Of a DNA stretch of 64,000 bases, positions 34,027-46,445 are shown one piece after another. The position numbers and the translations under genes were made by a program. The notes below the pieces were generated by a model, which was not told the DNA's origin, made no database searches, and was given only the letters and a program-made list of their open reading frames with translations. Origin of the DNA: Candidatus Levyibacteriota bacterium. Its GTDB lineage: Bacteria > Patescibacteriota > Microgenomatia > Levybacterales > UBA12049. Position 1 is the first letter of the stretch. Each line of letters begins with the position of its first letter. The DNA lies in the NCBI GenBank assembly GCA_016182235.1, contig JACOXT010000005.1, forward strand, positions 677 through 64,676. Direction: 5' to 3'.

Positions 34027-34686
34027 ATGCAAAGCATTTTATTAATATCGGAAAGTAGAAAAAAAGCCGAAGAATATGTAGCCAAACTTTTGATTCATGA
34101 AAAAATTGATCCTATAGATATCAGTACCAATTCTTTTGAAAAAGCACTTGGAATCGAAGACGTGAGAAATATTCAGAAAAAAATCTTTTTAAAACCTCTT
34201 CGAAGTAAATCTAAAGCTGTTGTCTTCGAAGTCTATGAGGGAATAACTACTGAATCCCAAAACGCACTATTGAAAATCCTTGAAGAGCCGCCAAAAAACA
34301 CTACTATAATAATTGTAGCAAATAAAATCACTCTGTTTCTGCCAACTATTCTCTCTAGATGCAAAATTATTGTGCTTAAGGAAAATAATATCCAACTTTC
34401 TAAAGAAGATGCGTCTCTGTATCTTAATATTTTAAAATCTTTAGAGATTGGCGGGGTAGGGGAAAGACTAAAAATAGCTCAGGATCTCACTAAGAACAGC
34501 GAAAATGTGATTCCCTGGCTTGAAAAAATGACTCTTGTTGTTAGACAAGAATTGATTGAAAATTATAACGATCCCAGATATTTAAACCTCTTAAAACAAT
34601 TCCAAAACACCTTTGAAGTTATTAAAAATACAAATGTCAATAAGAGGATTGCCTTAGAAAATCTTTTTCTTTCTCTGTGGGAATAA
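34027..34686 (+). CDS. holB: DNA polymerase III delta-prime-like subunit (short)
   Basis: ESQNALLKILEEPPKNTTIIIVA, LPTILSRCKII (sensor/SRC motif); lacks a Walker A at the N-terminus as in delta-prime. Confidence 0.7.
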   Translation: MQSILLISESRKKAEEYVAKLLIHEKIDPIDISTNSFEKALGIEDVRNIQKKIFLKPLRSKSKAVVFEVYEGITTESQNALLKILEEPPKNTTIIIVANKITLFLPTILSRCKIIVLKENNIQLSKEDASLYLNILKSLEIGGVGERLKIAQDLTKNSENVIPWLEKMTLVVRQELIENYNDPRYLNLLKQFQNTFEVIKNTNVNKRIALENLFLSLWE

Positions 34687-34690
34687 ACTT

Positions 34691-35071
34691 TTATAGGGCG
34701 CTCTCTAACCAAGTGGCTTTTGGCAAATAATCAAATATTTCGGCACGCACAAATATCTCAACTGAGTTTCCCCCAATTCCGTCAATTTTATCTAAAACAA
34801 GTTCTCTACGCTCAAGAATCTCTCTCCAATTAGAAGGTAAGCCTGATAATGATAAGCTAGAAATCCCATATTTTACATCAAGTTTAACTCTGGCTCTGCC
34901 CGAAGCAACATCCTCTACAGTTAGGTAATGAATCCAATTTTTACCATTTAACGTCATCCCAATTATTTCTTTACCGCCTGGAGATTTAGTAATGCCAATT
35001 ACTGCTTTATTCAACTTGCTAGGCAATTTCTCAAACAATCTATTTTTTCCTGACTCCTTCATGGCAAACAT
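34691..35071 (-). CDS. hypothetical protein (126 aa)
   Basis: ORF only; no motif recognised. Confidence 0.45.
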   Translation of the reverse strand: MFAMKESGKNRLFEKLPSKLNKAVIGITKSPGGKEIIGMTLNGKNWIHYLTVEDVASGRARVKLDVKYGISSLSLSGLPSNWREILERRELVLDKIDGIGGNSVEIFVRAEIFDYLPKATWLESAL

Positions 35072-35180
35072 TATACTAAAAAAAGTCCAAGAATATCAAC
35101 ATGCTATAGGATAAAATGTTCATGATTTTTATAGAATATTGCACCTATACCTGCTAAAATATATATGTTGATAACCTATT

Positions 35181-36433
35181 GTGATAAGTAAACTCAAAAA
35201 ATTACTTTATTTTCCAGTTGCCCAATATTTTAGATTTTTTGCAAACATACAACTTGGGAAGTGGAAGCCAAGGATAATTGTTATAACAGGATCAAGCGGG
35301 AAGACAACTTTACTTCATCTTATCGAATCTCAAATTGGGGAAGAAGCTCGCTATTCTCATAACGCAAACAGCAGCTTCGGAATTCCATTTGATATCTTGG
35401 GATTAAAGCGTACAAAATTAACGCTTGATGAATGGCCATATCTTTTTCTGAAAGCTCCGTTTAGAGCTTTCAAGAAATCTTACAAAGAAAAACTTTATGT
35501 TGTTGAGGCAGATTGCGATAGACCAAATGAAGGTAAATTCTTGGCAAGCTTACTAAAACCAGAGGTTACGCTTTTGACAAACGTGGGAAGAACACATAGT
35601 CAAAATTTCGACTATCTTGTGGCAAATAAAAAATTCTCTTCAGTTGAGGAGGCGATTGCTCATGAGTTTGGTTATTTTCTAGAACACACGTCTGATTTAG
35701 TAATTTTAAATTCCGACAATGAATTGATAAGAAAAGAGTCCCACAGATCAAAAGTAAAAATTAAACATGTTAGCCTAACGAACTTAGCCAGTTATAAAGT
35801 GTCCAATGACCATACAGAGCTTAAAATTAATACTAAAGATTATTTGATTAAAGCATTGCTTCCAAAAGAAGCATCAATCTCTATTCAAATGACTCTTGAT
35901 TTACTTGAATTTCTAAGAATCAAGCTTGATTTTTCTTTCTCAAAGTTTAGCCTTCCACCTGGAAGGTGTAGCCTCATGAAAGGGGTTCGGGATACTACTA
36001 TAATAGATAGCTCTTACAATGCGACACCGGATGGGGTAAAGTCTATTCTCTCGATGTTTGATAAATATCCAAGCAATGGCTGGTTTTGGGAGATATGATT
36101 GAGCTTGGAGAGGAAGAAAAAGAAGAGCATGAGAAACTCGCCGACGTAATCGCAACAATGAGTTTAGAAAAAATTGTACTAGTTGGCCCAAGGGTATCAA
36201 AATACACGTATCCCAAATTAAAACAGATGGGAACATTGGAAAAGTTTCTTATGCCAAAAGATGCCTTAAATTATTTATTAAACAAGTTAGAGGGCGGGGA
36301 AACAATACTTTTCAAAGGTGCAAGGTTTTTGGAAGGGATTATAGAACATCTGCTCGCAAACAAAAATGATATTGAGAAATTATGCAGACGAGAAAAAATC
36401 TGGCAAGAAAGGAGAGAAAAGTGGGGACTATGA
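35181..36433 (+). pseudogene. MurF-like Mur ligase, split into two overlapping ORFs by a 1-nt frame change
   Basis: ORF1 35181-36098: ITGSSGKTT (P-loop), VVEADCDRPNEG, IIDSSYNATP; frame shifted by -1 from about 36065: SKQWLVLGDMIELG..VLVGPR (ORF2 36086-36433). Together one Mur ligase; the break could be real, an assembly error or recoding. Confidence 0.65.
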
Positions 36434-36439
36434 TAGAAT
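36431..36439 (+). promoter_or_regulatory. extended -10 (TGaTAGAAT) 8 nt before the ATG at 36448
   Basis: tgatagaat 36431-36439. Confidence 0.4.
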
Positions 36440-36441
36440 TC

Positions 36442-36465
36442 TGAAGTATGAAGTTTGAAGTATAT
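36442..36465. repeat. 7-nt period array (tgaagta/tgaagtt/tgaagta) spanning a start codon
   Basis: gaag at 36443, 36450, 36457. Confidence 0.55.
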
Positions 36466-37143
36466 ATATTACCTGGCTGGGCCTACTCAATAGAGAAATG
36501 GGAACCTTTTGTCCGCTTATTAAAACAAAAAGGGGTTGAAGTAAATCTTCTCAAAATTCCCGGCTTAACTGAAAAACTCGATAAAGTTTGGAATGTTAAT
36601 GATTATGTTGAATGGTTGAGAAAAAAAACTAACAATAAAATAATTCTCATCGGTCATTCAAATGGCGGGCGAATCGCTCTTAATTTTGTAGCAAAATATC
36701 CAAATCTGGTTCCGAACTTAGTTTTAATAGACAGCGCTGGGATTTATCATGATGATCTAGCTATTCGGCTGAAGCGGCTGATTTTTAAAAGCATTGCAAA
36801 AACTGCCAAAAAAATAACCAACACTCAAAAGCTTAAAGATTTCTTATATAAAATAGTAGGGGAGAACGATTACAGAAATGCAACTCAAAATATGAAACAA
36901 ACTATGCTTAATCTTATTAATTCCGATAAACTCCTAAGCTTTGGTAATATCACAACGCCAACTTTAATTATCTGGGGGAAAAACGATAAAATTACTCGTC
37001 TCTCTGACGCAAAACTCATAAATAAGCTAATTAAAAATTCAACGCTTCATATCATAGATGGCGCAAGACACTCGCCCCAGTTTACAAATCCGGTTGAGGT
37101 AGTCAACACTATAGTCAAAGAAATTAACAATAAAACAATCTAA
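36448..37143 (+). CDS. alpha/beta-fold hydrolase
   Basis: nucleophile elbow GHSNGG, C-terminal DG..H (IIDGARHSP) catalytic pattern. Confidence 0.75.
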   Translation: MKFEVYILPGWAYSIEKWEPFVRLLKQKGVEVNLLKIPGLTEKLDKVWNVNDYVEWLRKKTNNKIILIGHSNGGRIALNFVAKYPNLVPNLVLIDSAGIYHDDLAIRLKRLIFKSIAKTAKKITNTQKLKDFLYKIVGENDYRNATQNMKQTMLNLINSDKLLSFGNITTPTLIIWGKNDKITRLSDAKLINKLIKNSTLHIIDGARHSPQFTNPVEVVNTIVKEINNKTI

Positions 37144-37157
37144 CAATATAACAATTA
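37126..37157. repeat. 8-nt period array (acaatNNN x4)
   Basis: acaat at 37126, 37134, 37142, 37150; spans the stop of the hydrolase gene; related to the array at 3211-3242. Confidence 0.6.
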
Positions 37158-37161
37158 CTCT

Positions 37162-38325
37162 ATGAATATATTTAACTCCCTTGGCTCAAACTACAATTTG
37201 AAATTTGTTTTATCATCTCTTTTTGCAAATGGTAGCGATAAAGACCGTCAAGATCTTATTCATCTTCTTGAAAAAAAATATAATGGCAAAGCCATACTAT
37301 TATATAAGGGCAGAGAAGCACTCACTCTTGCTATTAAGACTCTTAACCTTCCCCCAAAAACAGAAGCTGCTATAAATGGATTTACATGTTTTGCAGTGTA
37401 TAAAGCTATTGAGAAGGCTGGCTATAAACCAGTTTGCCTTGATCTTGACTCCGATAAATTTGATCTAAACTTTAGCACTTCAGTGCTTGAGGCAGAAGTC
37501 AAAAAAAACCCAAATTTAAAAGTAGTAATTGTACAAAATACGCTTGGGTATCCATGCGATATCGAAGGTATCCTTGAAATTTGCAAGAAAAAAAACCTTG
37601 TCTTAATTGAAGATTTAGCCCATTGTGTAGGAACAAAATACTCCAACGGAAAAGAGGCGGGGACAGTTGGACCTATTGCGGTGTTATCTTTTAGCCAAGA
37701 CAAGGTCATCGATGCGGTTTCCGGAGGAGCTTTAATTATAAGAGAAAGAACTTTAGCTTCGCAAGGCGAGGCCTTGCAGAGTAAAAAGATCAATTTCAGA
37801 CAACAATTAAAAGACAAATTTTATCCAATACTTACTTACAAAATTAGAACATTTTATAGTTTTGGATTAGGAAAACTCCTTCACTTTCTCCTAAAAAAAT
37901 TAGACCTTTTATCAAAGCCTATGGAAGAAAATTTATATGAATTACTTTCTCTTCCTAATTGGTATTGTTATTTAGCCATGATTGGGTTTAATAATTTGTC
38001 TCAAAATCTAAATCACAGAAGAAGAATTGCCCAAATTTACATAGACAATTTAAACAAAAGCGCACAATCAAAAGAAATCGCGCAAAACTTAGATTTATCG
38101 TCTAACTTAAGATTTCCAATTTTTGTTGAGAAACGAGCACAGTTATTAGAATATCTAAAAGACTACGGCATTCATGTTTCAGATATATGGTACGAAGATG
38201 TTTCGCCCGATTGCCCGAACGCACAAAAAGTCTCTCGCAAAGTTCTTAATTTACCAACTCATATCAATGTCAGCGAAAGAGACGCAAGGCTAATCTGCGA
38301 AAGGATTAATGAATTGATCCAATGA
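37162..38325 (+). CDS. DegT/DnrJ/EryC1/StrS-family PLP-dependent aminotransferase-like protein
   Basis: GREALTLAIKTL, INGFTCFAVYKAI, LIEDLAHCVG, VLSFSQDKVI (PLP Lys), LNLPTH. Confidence 0.75.
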   Translation: MNIFNSLGSNYNLKFVLSSLFANGSDKDRQDLIHLLEKKYNGKAILLYKGREALTLAIKTLNLPPKTEAAINGFTCFAVYKAIEKAGYKPVCLDLDSDKFDLNFSTSVLEAEVKKNPNLKVVIVQNTLGYPCDIEGILEICKKKNLVLIEDLAHCVGTKYSNGKEAGTVGPIAVLSFSQDKVIDAVSGGALIIRERTLASQGEALQSKKINFRQQLKDKFYPILTYKIRTFYSFGLGKLLHFLLKKLDLLSKPMEENLYELLSLPNWYCYLAMIGFNNLSQNLNHRRRIAQIYIDNLNKSAQSKEIAQNLDLSSNLRFPIFVEKRAQLLEYLKDYGIHVSDIWYEDVSPDCPNAQKVSRKVLNLPTHINVSERDARLICERINELIQ

Positions 38326-39338
38326 TAGCAAAACCGATAATAGATAAAAAAACCTGGGAATCTTTCCTGGATCTTCATGAAGAAGCAAACTTTTTGCAAT
38401 CATGGTATTGGGGAGAATTTCATAAAAGTCTAAGTAACGAAATTCAGCGAATGGGATTTTATGAAAATAATAAGCTTGTTGGCGTTATGCTTTCTATTGT
38501 TGAAAACGCGAAGCGCGGGCGATATCTAGCAGTTCCAGGAGGACCAATTATCGATTGGACAAGGTCCGACCTTGTCGAGCATTTCGTGCAGGAATGTAAA
38601 AAGATTGCGAAAACATACAAGTGTGTTTTCGTAAGAGTCCGCCCTCAGCTTGTTTCAGATGACTTTTCGAAAAGCTTGTCTAAAAGACAAGGATTTACTA
38701 ACGCCCCAATGCACTTACACGCTGAGTTAACATCACAACTTGATATAAGAAAAACCGAAGATGAACTTCTAGGTCAAATGAGAAAAACAACCAGATACGA
38801 GATTAAAAAAGCAATTAATTTAGGTATAAAAGTAGTTGCCTCCAAAGACCCCGGTCAAATAAAAGACTTTTATGATTTACAGATTGAAACCTCAAAAAGG
38901 CAAGGATTCATACCATTTTCCTACAAATATTTATATGAGCAATTTAAAATATTTGCGCTTAATGATAAAGCGGTTTTATATACAGCTTATTATGACAGAA
39001 AAATTCTTGCTCAGGCTTTTATAATTTTTTATGGGCAGGAAGCTGTTTATCATTATGGGGTAAGTACAGAGGAAGGGAGAAGATATCCTGGCGCCTATTT
39101 AATACAATGGGAGGCAATTAAAGAAGCACAGAAAAGAGGAATGACGCGATATAACTTTTGGGGGGTTTCTCCTGAGATGAGCAAAAACCATAGGTTTAGA
39201 GGTTTATCTCTTTTCAAAAGAGGCTTTGGAGGACAAGATATAGAATATCTTCATGCACAAGATTTAATAATAAATTACCCAAGATATATTATTAACTACG
39301 TAGTCGAAACCATAAGAAAAAAAACAAGAAACGTTTAA
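38322..39338 (+). CDS. FemAB-family peptidoglycan peptide-bridge transferase (FemX/MurM-like)
   Basis: FLQSWYWGEF, TRYEIKKA, YHYGVSTEEGRRYPGAYLIQWEAIKEAQKRGMTRYNFWGV. Confidence 0.85.
   Translation: MIAKPIIDKKTWESFLDLHEEANFLQSWYWGEFHKSLSNEIQRMGFYENNKLVGVMLSIVENAKRGRYLAVPGGPIIDWTRSDLVEHFVQECKKIAKTYKCVFVRVRPQLVSDDFSKSLSKRQGFTNAPMHLHAELTSQLDIRKTEDELLGQMRKTTRYEIKKAINLGIKVVASKDPGQIKDFYDLQIETSKRQGFIPFSYKYLYEQFKIFALNDKAVLYTAYYDRKILAQAFIIFYGQEAVYHYGVSTEEGRRYPGAYLIQWEAIKEAQKRGMTRYNFWGVSPEMSKNHRFRGLSLFKRGFGGQDIEYLHAQDLIINYPRYIINYVVETIRKKTRNV
38558..38576. repeat. REP copy 6 (gacaaggtc-c-gaccttgtc, 19-nt perfect palindrome) inside the FemAB-family ORF
   Basis: same core as the RAYT-flanking palindrome, 9.7 kb away; encodes ..WTRSDLVE.. 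Confidence 0.8.
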
Positions 39339-39378
39339 ATTTAATAAATAACTCATCTATACCGCTTTCCAGTACTAG

Positions 39379-41361
<1,983 letters not shown>

Positions 41362-41370
41362 AAAAATTTT

Positions 41371-42138
41371 ATGGACAACATAAGCGAAGCAAAAGAAAAC
41401 CAAAAACTGCCGGAGAGAAGAGTTATTCGTCTTAATGAAGACTTTCACCCTTTTGATCACGACGTAAACCTCATAGTAAAGAGAACGTTTTCCCAAAGAG
41501 AATCTCCTGACTTTGACGCTCTAGAGACTCGTATCGAGTTAGCTACGGAAAATGATCTAAGAATTCCAATAGATATGCTGTTATTCTCCGTTTCTTTTTG
41601 GCAACATGGTCATACTGTCCTTCCATTCGATAGTGAAAAAGGGTATCGGATTGATTCTGATGACTTTAATCTAGAAAACAGAATAGCAAAATTGAACCGA
41701 CTCGGTGAAGAAAAGCTAAGTAAATTCATGGATTTCTCAAAAAGACATTACGAATTATTTGTGGCGGGTAATGTGCCTTCTCTTATTGAAAACGCTATTG
41801 TTAAAAAAGTAAGCGGAGATCGTTATAGATTTCCACAGGAGAAGCTTAGCCTTTTAGGAAAATTAAGACTACTCTTACGACTTCCAGATGAATCCTTTGA
41901 GGCAAAACCTTTTGAGCCTTCGTTAACTCGCGGAGATCTATGGTTCAAAGATTTTTATCCAACCGACTCAGGTCCTCTTTCTGCTTCAACTGATGGTCTC
42001 CAATCACCGATCTTGCAATTGATAATGCAACGTGAAGGGTTTAATATACTCCTACCCGATGATCCGGAAAAACTCAAACAAATTAAAATGCGCTTTGTCC
42101 TTGCTGAAGAAAAACCAGATAGGGGAGGTGAGAATTAA
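41371..42138 (+). CDS. hypothetical protein (255 aa)
   Basis: ORF between gyrB and ppa; no motif recognised. Confidence 0.5.
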   Translation: MDNISEAKENQKLPERRVIRLNEDFHPFDHDVNLIVKRTFSQRESPDFDALETRIELATENDLRIPIDMLLFSVSFWQHGHTVLPFDSEKGYRIDSDDFNLENRIAKLNRLGEEKLSKFMDFSKRHYELFVAGNVPSLIENAIVKKVSGDRYRFPQEKLSLLGKLRLLLRLPDESFEAKPFEPSLTRGDLWFKDFYPTDSGPLSASTDGLQSPILQLIMQREGFNILLPDDPEKLKQIKMRFVLAEEKPDRGGEN

Positions 42139-42659
42139 TGGACATTAAGAAATTAAACGCCGGGAAAAATGCGCCGGAAGAAATAAATGTTTTTATAGAA
42201 ATCCCCCAAGGAGTAAGTGTAAAGTATGAATTAGATAAAGATAGCGGCGTAATCTTTGTGGATAGATTTCTTTTTACAGAAATGGAATATCCATTTAATT
42301 ATGGTTTTGTGCCGGGAACTTTGGCCATGGATGGAGATCCTGTAGATGTTTTAGTGTTATCAAGCAAACCTGTAATACCAGGCGTTGTAATTCTTTCAAA
42401 ACCAATCGGAATGCTTGAGATGGAGGACGAGAAGGGAATTGATAACAAGGTAATTGCAGTTCCTGTTCCAAAAGTCGACCAAAAATTCAAAAATTATAAT
42501 GATATCAATGATATCCCAATCAAAACAAAAGAGGAAATCAAATACTTTTTCGAAAATTACAAAAAAACCGAACCGGGAAAATGGGTCAAGGTAAAAGAGT
42601 GGAAAGGAAGGGAAGCGGCGATTGAAGAAATAAGAAAAGCCATTGGAAACAAAAGTTAA
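42138..42659 (+). CDS. ppa: inorganic pyrophosphatase (family I)
   Basis: [35 protein letters not shown]. Confidence 0.92.
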   Translation: MDIKKLNAGKNAPEEINVFIEIPQGVSVKYELDKDSGVIFVDRFLFTEMEYPFNYGFVPGTLAMDGDPVDVLVLSSKPVIPGVVILSKPIGMLEMEDEKGIDNKVIAVPVPKVDQKFKNYNDINDIPIKTKEEIKYFFENYKKTEPGKWVKVKEWKGREAAIEEIRKAIGNKS

Positions 42660-42772
42660 AAGTCAAAGGTTAAAATTCAAAATTACAAGTAAAAATTCAA
42701 AAGTAAAGAATCTGAAAATTTTAACTTTTAAGTTGTATTTTTGACTTTTGATTTTTGAGTTTTGAGTTTATT
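42652..42772. repeat. about 120-bp array of 17 heptads, A-rich half then T-rich half (imperfect long inverted repeat)
   Basis: aaagtta/aaagtca/aaggtta/aaattca/aaattac/aagtaaa/aattcaa/aagtaaa/gaatctg/aaaattt/taacttt/taagttg/tattttt/gactttt/gattttt/gagtttt/gagttta; between ppa and gyrA. Confidence 0.7.
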
Positions 42773-42775
42773 ATT

Positions 42776-45274
42776 ATGCAAATTGGTAAATTACAACAAA
42801 CTGGAATTAGCGCAGAGGTCAAGAGGGCATACCTTGACTATGCAATGTCTGTTATTGTTTCCCGCGCGCTTCCTGATGTTAGAGATGGACTTAAACCAGT
42901 CCATAGACGTATTCTTTTCGCGATGCACGAGTTAAATCTAACGCACAACGCGAAATATGCAAAATCAGCAAAGATTGTTGGGGAGGTAATGGGAAAATAC
43001 CATCCTCATGGAGATTTACCAATATACGATGCATTAGTTCGCTTGGCTCAGGATTTCTCGATGCGTTATCCTTTGGTTGATGGCCAAGGAAATTATGGCT
43101 CAACTGATGGAGATCCGCCGGCTGCTATGCGTTATACAGAAGCGCGTCTGGCCGCAATCACCGCCGAGATGCTTTTGGATTTGGATAAAGAAACAGTTAG
43201 CCATCTGCCGAATTTTGACGCGACGCTTCAGGAACCGGCATATCTTCCTGCCAGACTCCCCAATCTTCTTTTGATGGGGTCTGAGGGTATCGCGGTTGGT
43301 ATGGCTACAAAAATTCCTCCTCACAATCTTGGTGAATTGGTAGACGCGATTATTTTTACGATTGGCAAAACAAAAGTATCAAAATCGTTGAATGGTGAAT
43401 CAAAATCTTTAACGCTGACGAGTAACGTCACTGTTGGTGAGCTCTTGGAATATATTAAAGGCCCGGATTTCCCAACGGCCGGGGCAATTTATGACATTTC
43501 TGAAATTACAAATGTGTATACAACCGGACGGGGAAGAATAATTATCCGAGGACGCGCAGAGATCGAAGATATAGGGCAGGGTAAATCGGCAATTATTATT
43601 ACCGAACTCCCTTATCAAGTCAACAAAGCTCTTATGGTTGCTCGTATTGCTGATTTAGCCCGTGAAAAGAAGATAGAAGGAATCTCGGATCTAAGGGATG
43701 AATCTGACAGACACGGAATAAGAGTGGTTGTGGAACTCAAGCGTGACACCGCGCCAAAAAGAGTATTGAATAACCTATTTAAACACACGAGTCTTCAATC
43801 AATTTTTCCCGCTAATATTGTTGCTTTGGTTGACGGTACACCTCAAACGTTAAATCTTAAAACTATTCTTGAGGAATATCTTAAACATAGATATATTGTT
43901 GTCACCAAACGTTCCGAATTTGAGTTAAAGCAGGCCAAGGCAAGGCTTCATATTCTTGAGGGACTAAAAACTGCAGTCGATCAAATAGATGCTGTTATAA
44001 GAACAATTCGTGAATCCAAAGACCAAGATTCCGCAAAGAAGAATTTGATCATTAAATTTAAACTTACCGAGATCCAAGCGGTTGCGATTTTGGATATGCA
44101 GCTTCGCCGACTCGCGGCTTTGGAACGGCAAAAAATAGAAGACGAGCTTATCATGATAAAAGAAGCAATTGCTTATTTGGAAGACCTGCTTTCTCATTCA
44201 GAAAAAATACTAAGCGTAATCAAAGAAGAATTGAAAGTTCTAAAAGAAAGGTATCAGGACCAGAGGCGCACAAAGGTATATAAAAGTAAAGTCGGAGAGT
44301 TTTCCGATGAAGATCTTATTCCAAATGAATCAACGGTTATAACTATTACCGATACCGGATATATAAAGCGCCAAAGCCTCAGTAGTTTCAGAGTCCAGCA
44401 TAGGGGAGGAAAAGGAGTTAAGGGAATGACTACCAAAGAGGAGGATGGAATTTTGAATATTCGCTATGCGCAAACCCATGATAATATTTTGTTTTTTACA
44501 AACAAAGGAAAAGTCTACCAGCTCAGGGCCTTTGAAATTGCGGAGTCCCAAAGAACAAGTAAGGGCACCGCCATTGTGAATCTTATCAATATAGAACAAA
44601 ATGAGAGAGTCGAATCCTTTATAAATTACAGCGTGGGAAAAGGAAGCGAAGAGTTCCCATATAAATATGTGTTTCTTACCACCAAAAATGGGACTGTTAA
44701 AAAGACCGCGTTATCAGAATTTGAAAATATAAGGAGAAATGGGATTATCGCAATTAAACTAGACAAAGGAGATGAGCTTGTGTGGAGTAAGTTAACCAAC
44801 GGCGATAATGAAGTTATTCTCACGACTCACGACGGAAAGGCAATAAGATTTTCTGAGAAGTCTGTAAGACCTTTGGGCAGAAGTACCACAGGAGTTCACG
44901 GGATAAAGCTAAAAGAGGGCGACCAAGTAACGGGAATGGACATTATCAAAAAATCAGATAAAGCAGACCTCCTTACAATAATGGAGAATGGGCTGGGTAA
45001 AAAAACTTCTGTCGACCAGTTCAGAGGACAAACTAGGGCCGGACAAGGCGTAAAAGTCGCAAAGGTAACATCGAAAACAGGAAAGGTCGCATTCGCTCAG
45101 GTAATTCCGCCAAATTGCAAAAGCTTAATTATTACATCCAAAAAAGGACAAGTCGTAAAGCTTGAAATTTCTTCAGTACCAAAACGTTCTCGAAACACAC
45201 AGGGAGTGTTTTTAATGAGATTCTCAAACAAAACACCCGACCATATAACTTCTGCAACTTGCATTGAAGAATGA
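42776..45274 (+). CDS. gyrA: DNA gyrase subunit A
   Basis: [44 protein letters not shown] (catalytic Tyr), C-terminal beta-pinwheel repeats; track start TTG 42755 lies in the heptad array, ATG 42776 preferred. Confidence 0.95.
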   Translation: MQIGKLQQTGISAEVKRAYLDYAMSVIVSRALPDVRDGLKPVHRRILFAMHELNLTHNAKYAKSAKIVGEVMGKYHPHGDLPIYDALVRLAQDFSMRYPLVDGQGNYGSTDGDPPAAMRYTEARLAAITAEMLLDLDKETVSHLPNFDATLQEPAYLPARLPNLLLMGSEGIAVGMATKIPPHNLGELVDAIIFTIGKTKVSKSLNGESKSLTLTSNVTVGELLEYIKGPDFPTAGAIYDISEITNVYTTGRGRIIIRGRAEIEDIGQGKSAIIITELPYQVNKALMVARIADLAREKKIEGISDLRDESDRHGIRVVVELKRDTAPKRVLNNLFKHTSLQSIFPANIVALVDGTPQTLNLKTILEEYLKHRYIVVTKRSEFELKQAKARLHILEGLKTAVDQIDAVIRTIRESKDQDSAKKNLIIKFKLTEIQAVAILDMQLRRLAALERQKIEDELIMIKEAIAYLEDLLSHSEKILSVIKEELKVLKERYQDQRRTKVYKSKVGEFSDEDLIPNESTVITITDTGYIKRQSLSSFRVQHRGGKGVKGMTTKEEDGILNIRYAQTHDNILFFTNKGKVYQLRAFEIAESQRTSKGTAIVNLINIEQNERVESFINYSVGKGSEEFPYKYVFLTTKNGTVKKTALSEFENIRRNGIIAIKLDKGDELVWSKLTNGDNEVILTTHDGKAIRFSEKSVRPLGRSTTGVHGIKLKEGDQVTGMDIIKKSDKADLLTIMENGLGKKTSVDQFRGQTRAGQGVKVAKVTSKTGKVAFAQVIPPNCKSLIITSKKGQVVKLEISSVPKRSRNTQGVFLMRFSNKTPDHITSATCIEE

Positions 45275-46131
45275 AAATCAATGGATCGGAAATCGCAAAT
45301 AAGATTCACATCGAACTTCGAAAAAAGGTAAAAAAGCTAAAAGAGAAAAAAATCACGCCCCATCTTGCGGTAATTCTCATCGGCAGTGATCCCGCATCAA
45401 CTGCGTATGTTCGGCAAAAAGAATTAAAATCAAAAGCAATTAGTGTTAATACAACAATAGCAAAATTTCCTTCCGGTGTCTCCCAAAAAAATATTTTGAA
45501 AACAATTCAGCAATATAACAATGATAACAATATTCACGGAATTATTGTTCAGCGTCCTCTGCCTTCGCATATTGATTCGAATGTAATCTCAAAATCCATA
45601 GATCCCAAAAAGGATGTGGATGGCTTTCACCCAAAATCCAAATTTCAACCACCTCTCGCTCTGGCGGTATTGAAGATTTTGAAAAATATATTCGTCCACC
45701 TTCGAGGTGGGGTTGCGCCTGCGGCACACCTCGAAGGTGAATTTCGTGAATGGTTAATCCTCCAAAATATTGTCGTTATTGGCAAGGGTGAAACCGGTGG
45801 TAAACCTGTAATTGAAATGCTTAAAAAAATAGGAGCAAAGCCTTTGATTGTCGACAGTAAAACTCAAAATCCCCCTAACATAACTAAAACTGCAGATATA
45901 ATAATCTCTGCGGTTGGCAAAGAAAATACAATAAAGCCAGAAATGATCAAAAAAAATTCTATTTTAATTAGCATTGGTTTGTCAAAAGGAAAAGACGGAA
46001 AACTTCACGGGGATTATGATGAAGACAAGATCAAAAACATTGCATCCTTTTACACCCCAACCCCAGGAGGAGTAGGCCCCATCAATGTAGCTATGCTTTT
46101 GAAAAATTTAGTAAAAGCGTCCGAAAGTTAA
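45271..46131 (+). CDS. folD: bifunctional methylenetetrahydrofolate dehydrogenase / methenyl-THF cyclohydrolase
   Basis: [40 protein letters not shown]; carries an in-frame 44-bp GC-rich element. Confidence 0.9.
   Translation: MKINGSEIANKIHIELRKKVKKLKEKKITPHLAVILIGSDPASTAYVRQKELKSKAISVNTTIAKFPSGVSQKNILKTIQQYNNDNNIHGIIVQRPLPSHIDSNVISKSIDPKKDVDGFHPKSKFQPPLALAVLKILKNIFVHLRGGVAPAAHLEGEFREWLILQNIVVIGKGETGGKPVIEMLKKIGAKPLIVDSKTQNPPNITKTADIIISAVGKENTIKPEMIKKNSILISIGLSKGKDGKLHGDYDEDKIKNIASFYTPTPGGVGPINVAMLLKNLVKASES
45696..45739. repeat. 44-bp GC-rich hairpin element, in frame in folD
   Basis: ccaccttcgaggtggggttgcgcctgcggcacacctcgaaggtg; 13-bp arms caccttcgaggtg / cacctcgaaggtg; exact reverse complement of 48008-48051. 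Confidence 0.9.
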
Positions 46132-46383
46132 GATCCTCTTTGATGTTGTTTTGCAGCATATAGATTGTAAGTTTTCTTACAGAAAGCTTGCGCGTCTCTA
46201 TTTGATACTTTTTCATAACTTTCAAACAAATGGGTGCCATCGGGAAATAATGGCCCTGAGTATGTGGAAAATTTTTAACCTTCAAGGTATGCCACTACAT
46301 AGCAAGATACTTTAGACAAAAAATGAATTTACTTAAATGTTTCAAAACATTTAAACAATTAGTCCTAATTGATTTTTTAGCTG

Positions 46384-46445
46384 TTGACAGGAAACATATC
46401 CTTCTGTTAAAGTTAGTTCCCAGAACAAAAGTGTTCTGGTTTTTT
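46384..46445 (+). promoter_or_regulatory. candidate pyr promoter plus leader hairpin with U-tract ending at the pyrB ATG
   Basis: ttgaca 46384-46389, 18-nt spacer, taaagt 46408-46413; ccagaac-aaaagt-gttctgg 46420-46439 followed by six T (46440-46445), then ATG 46446. Confidence 0.45.
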
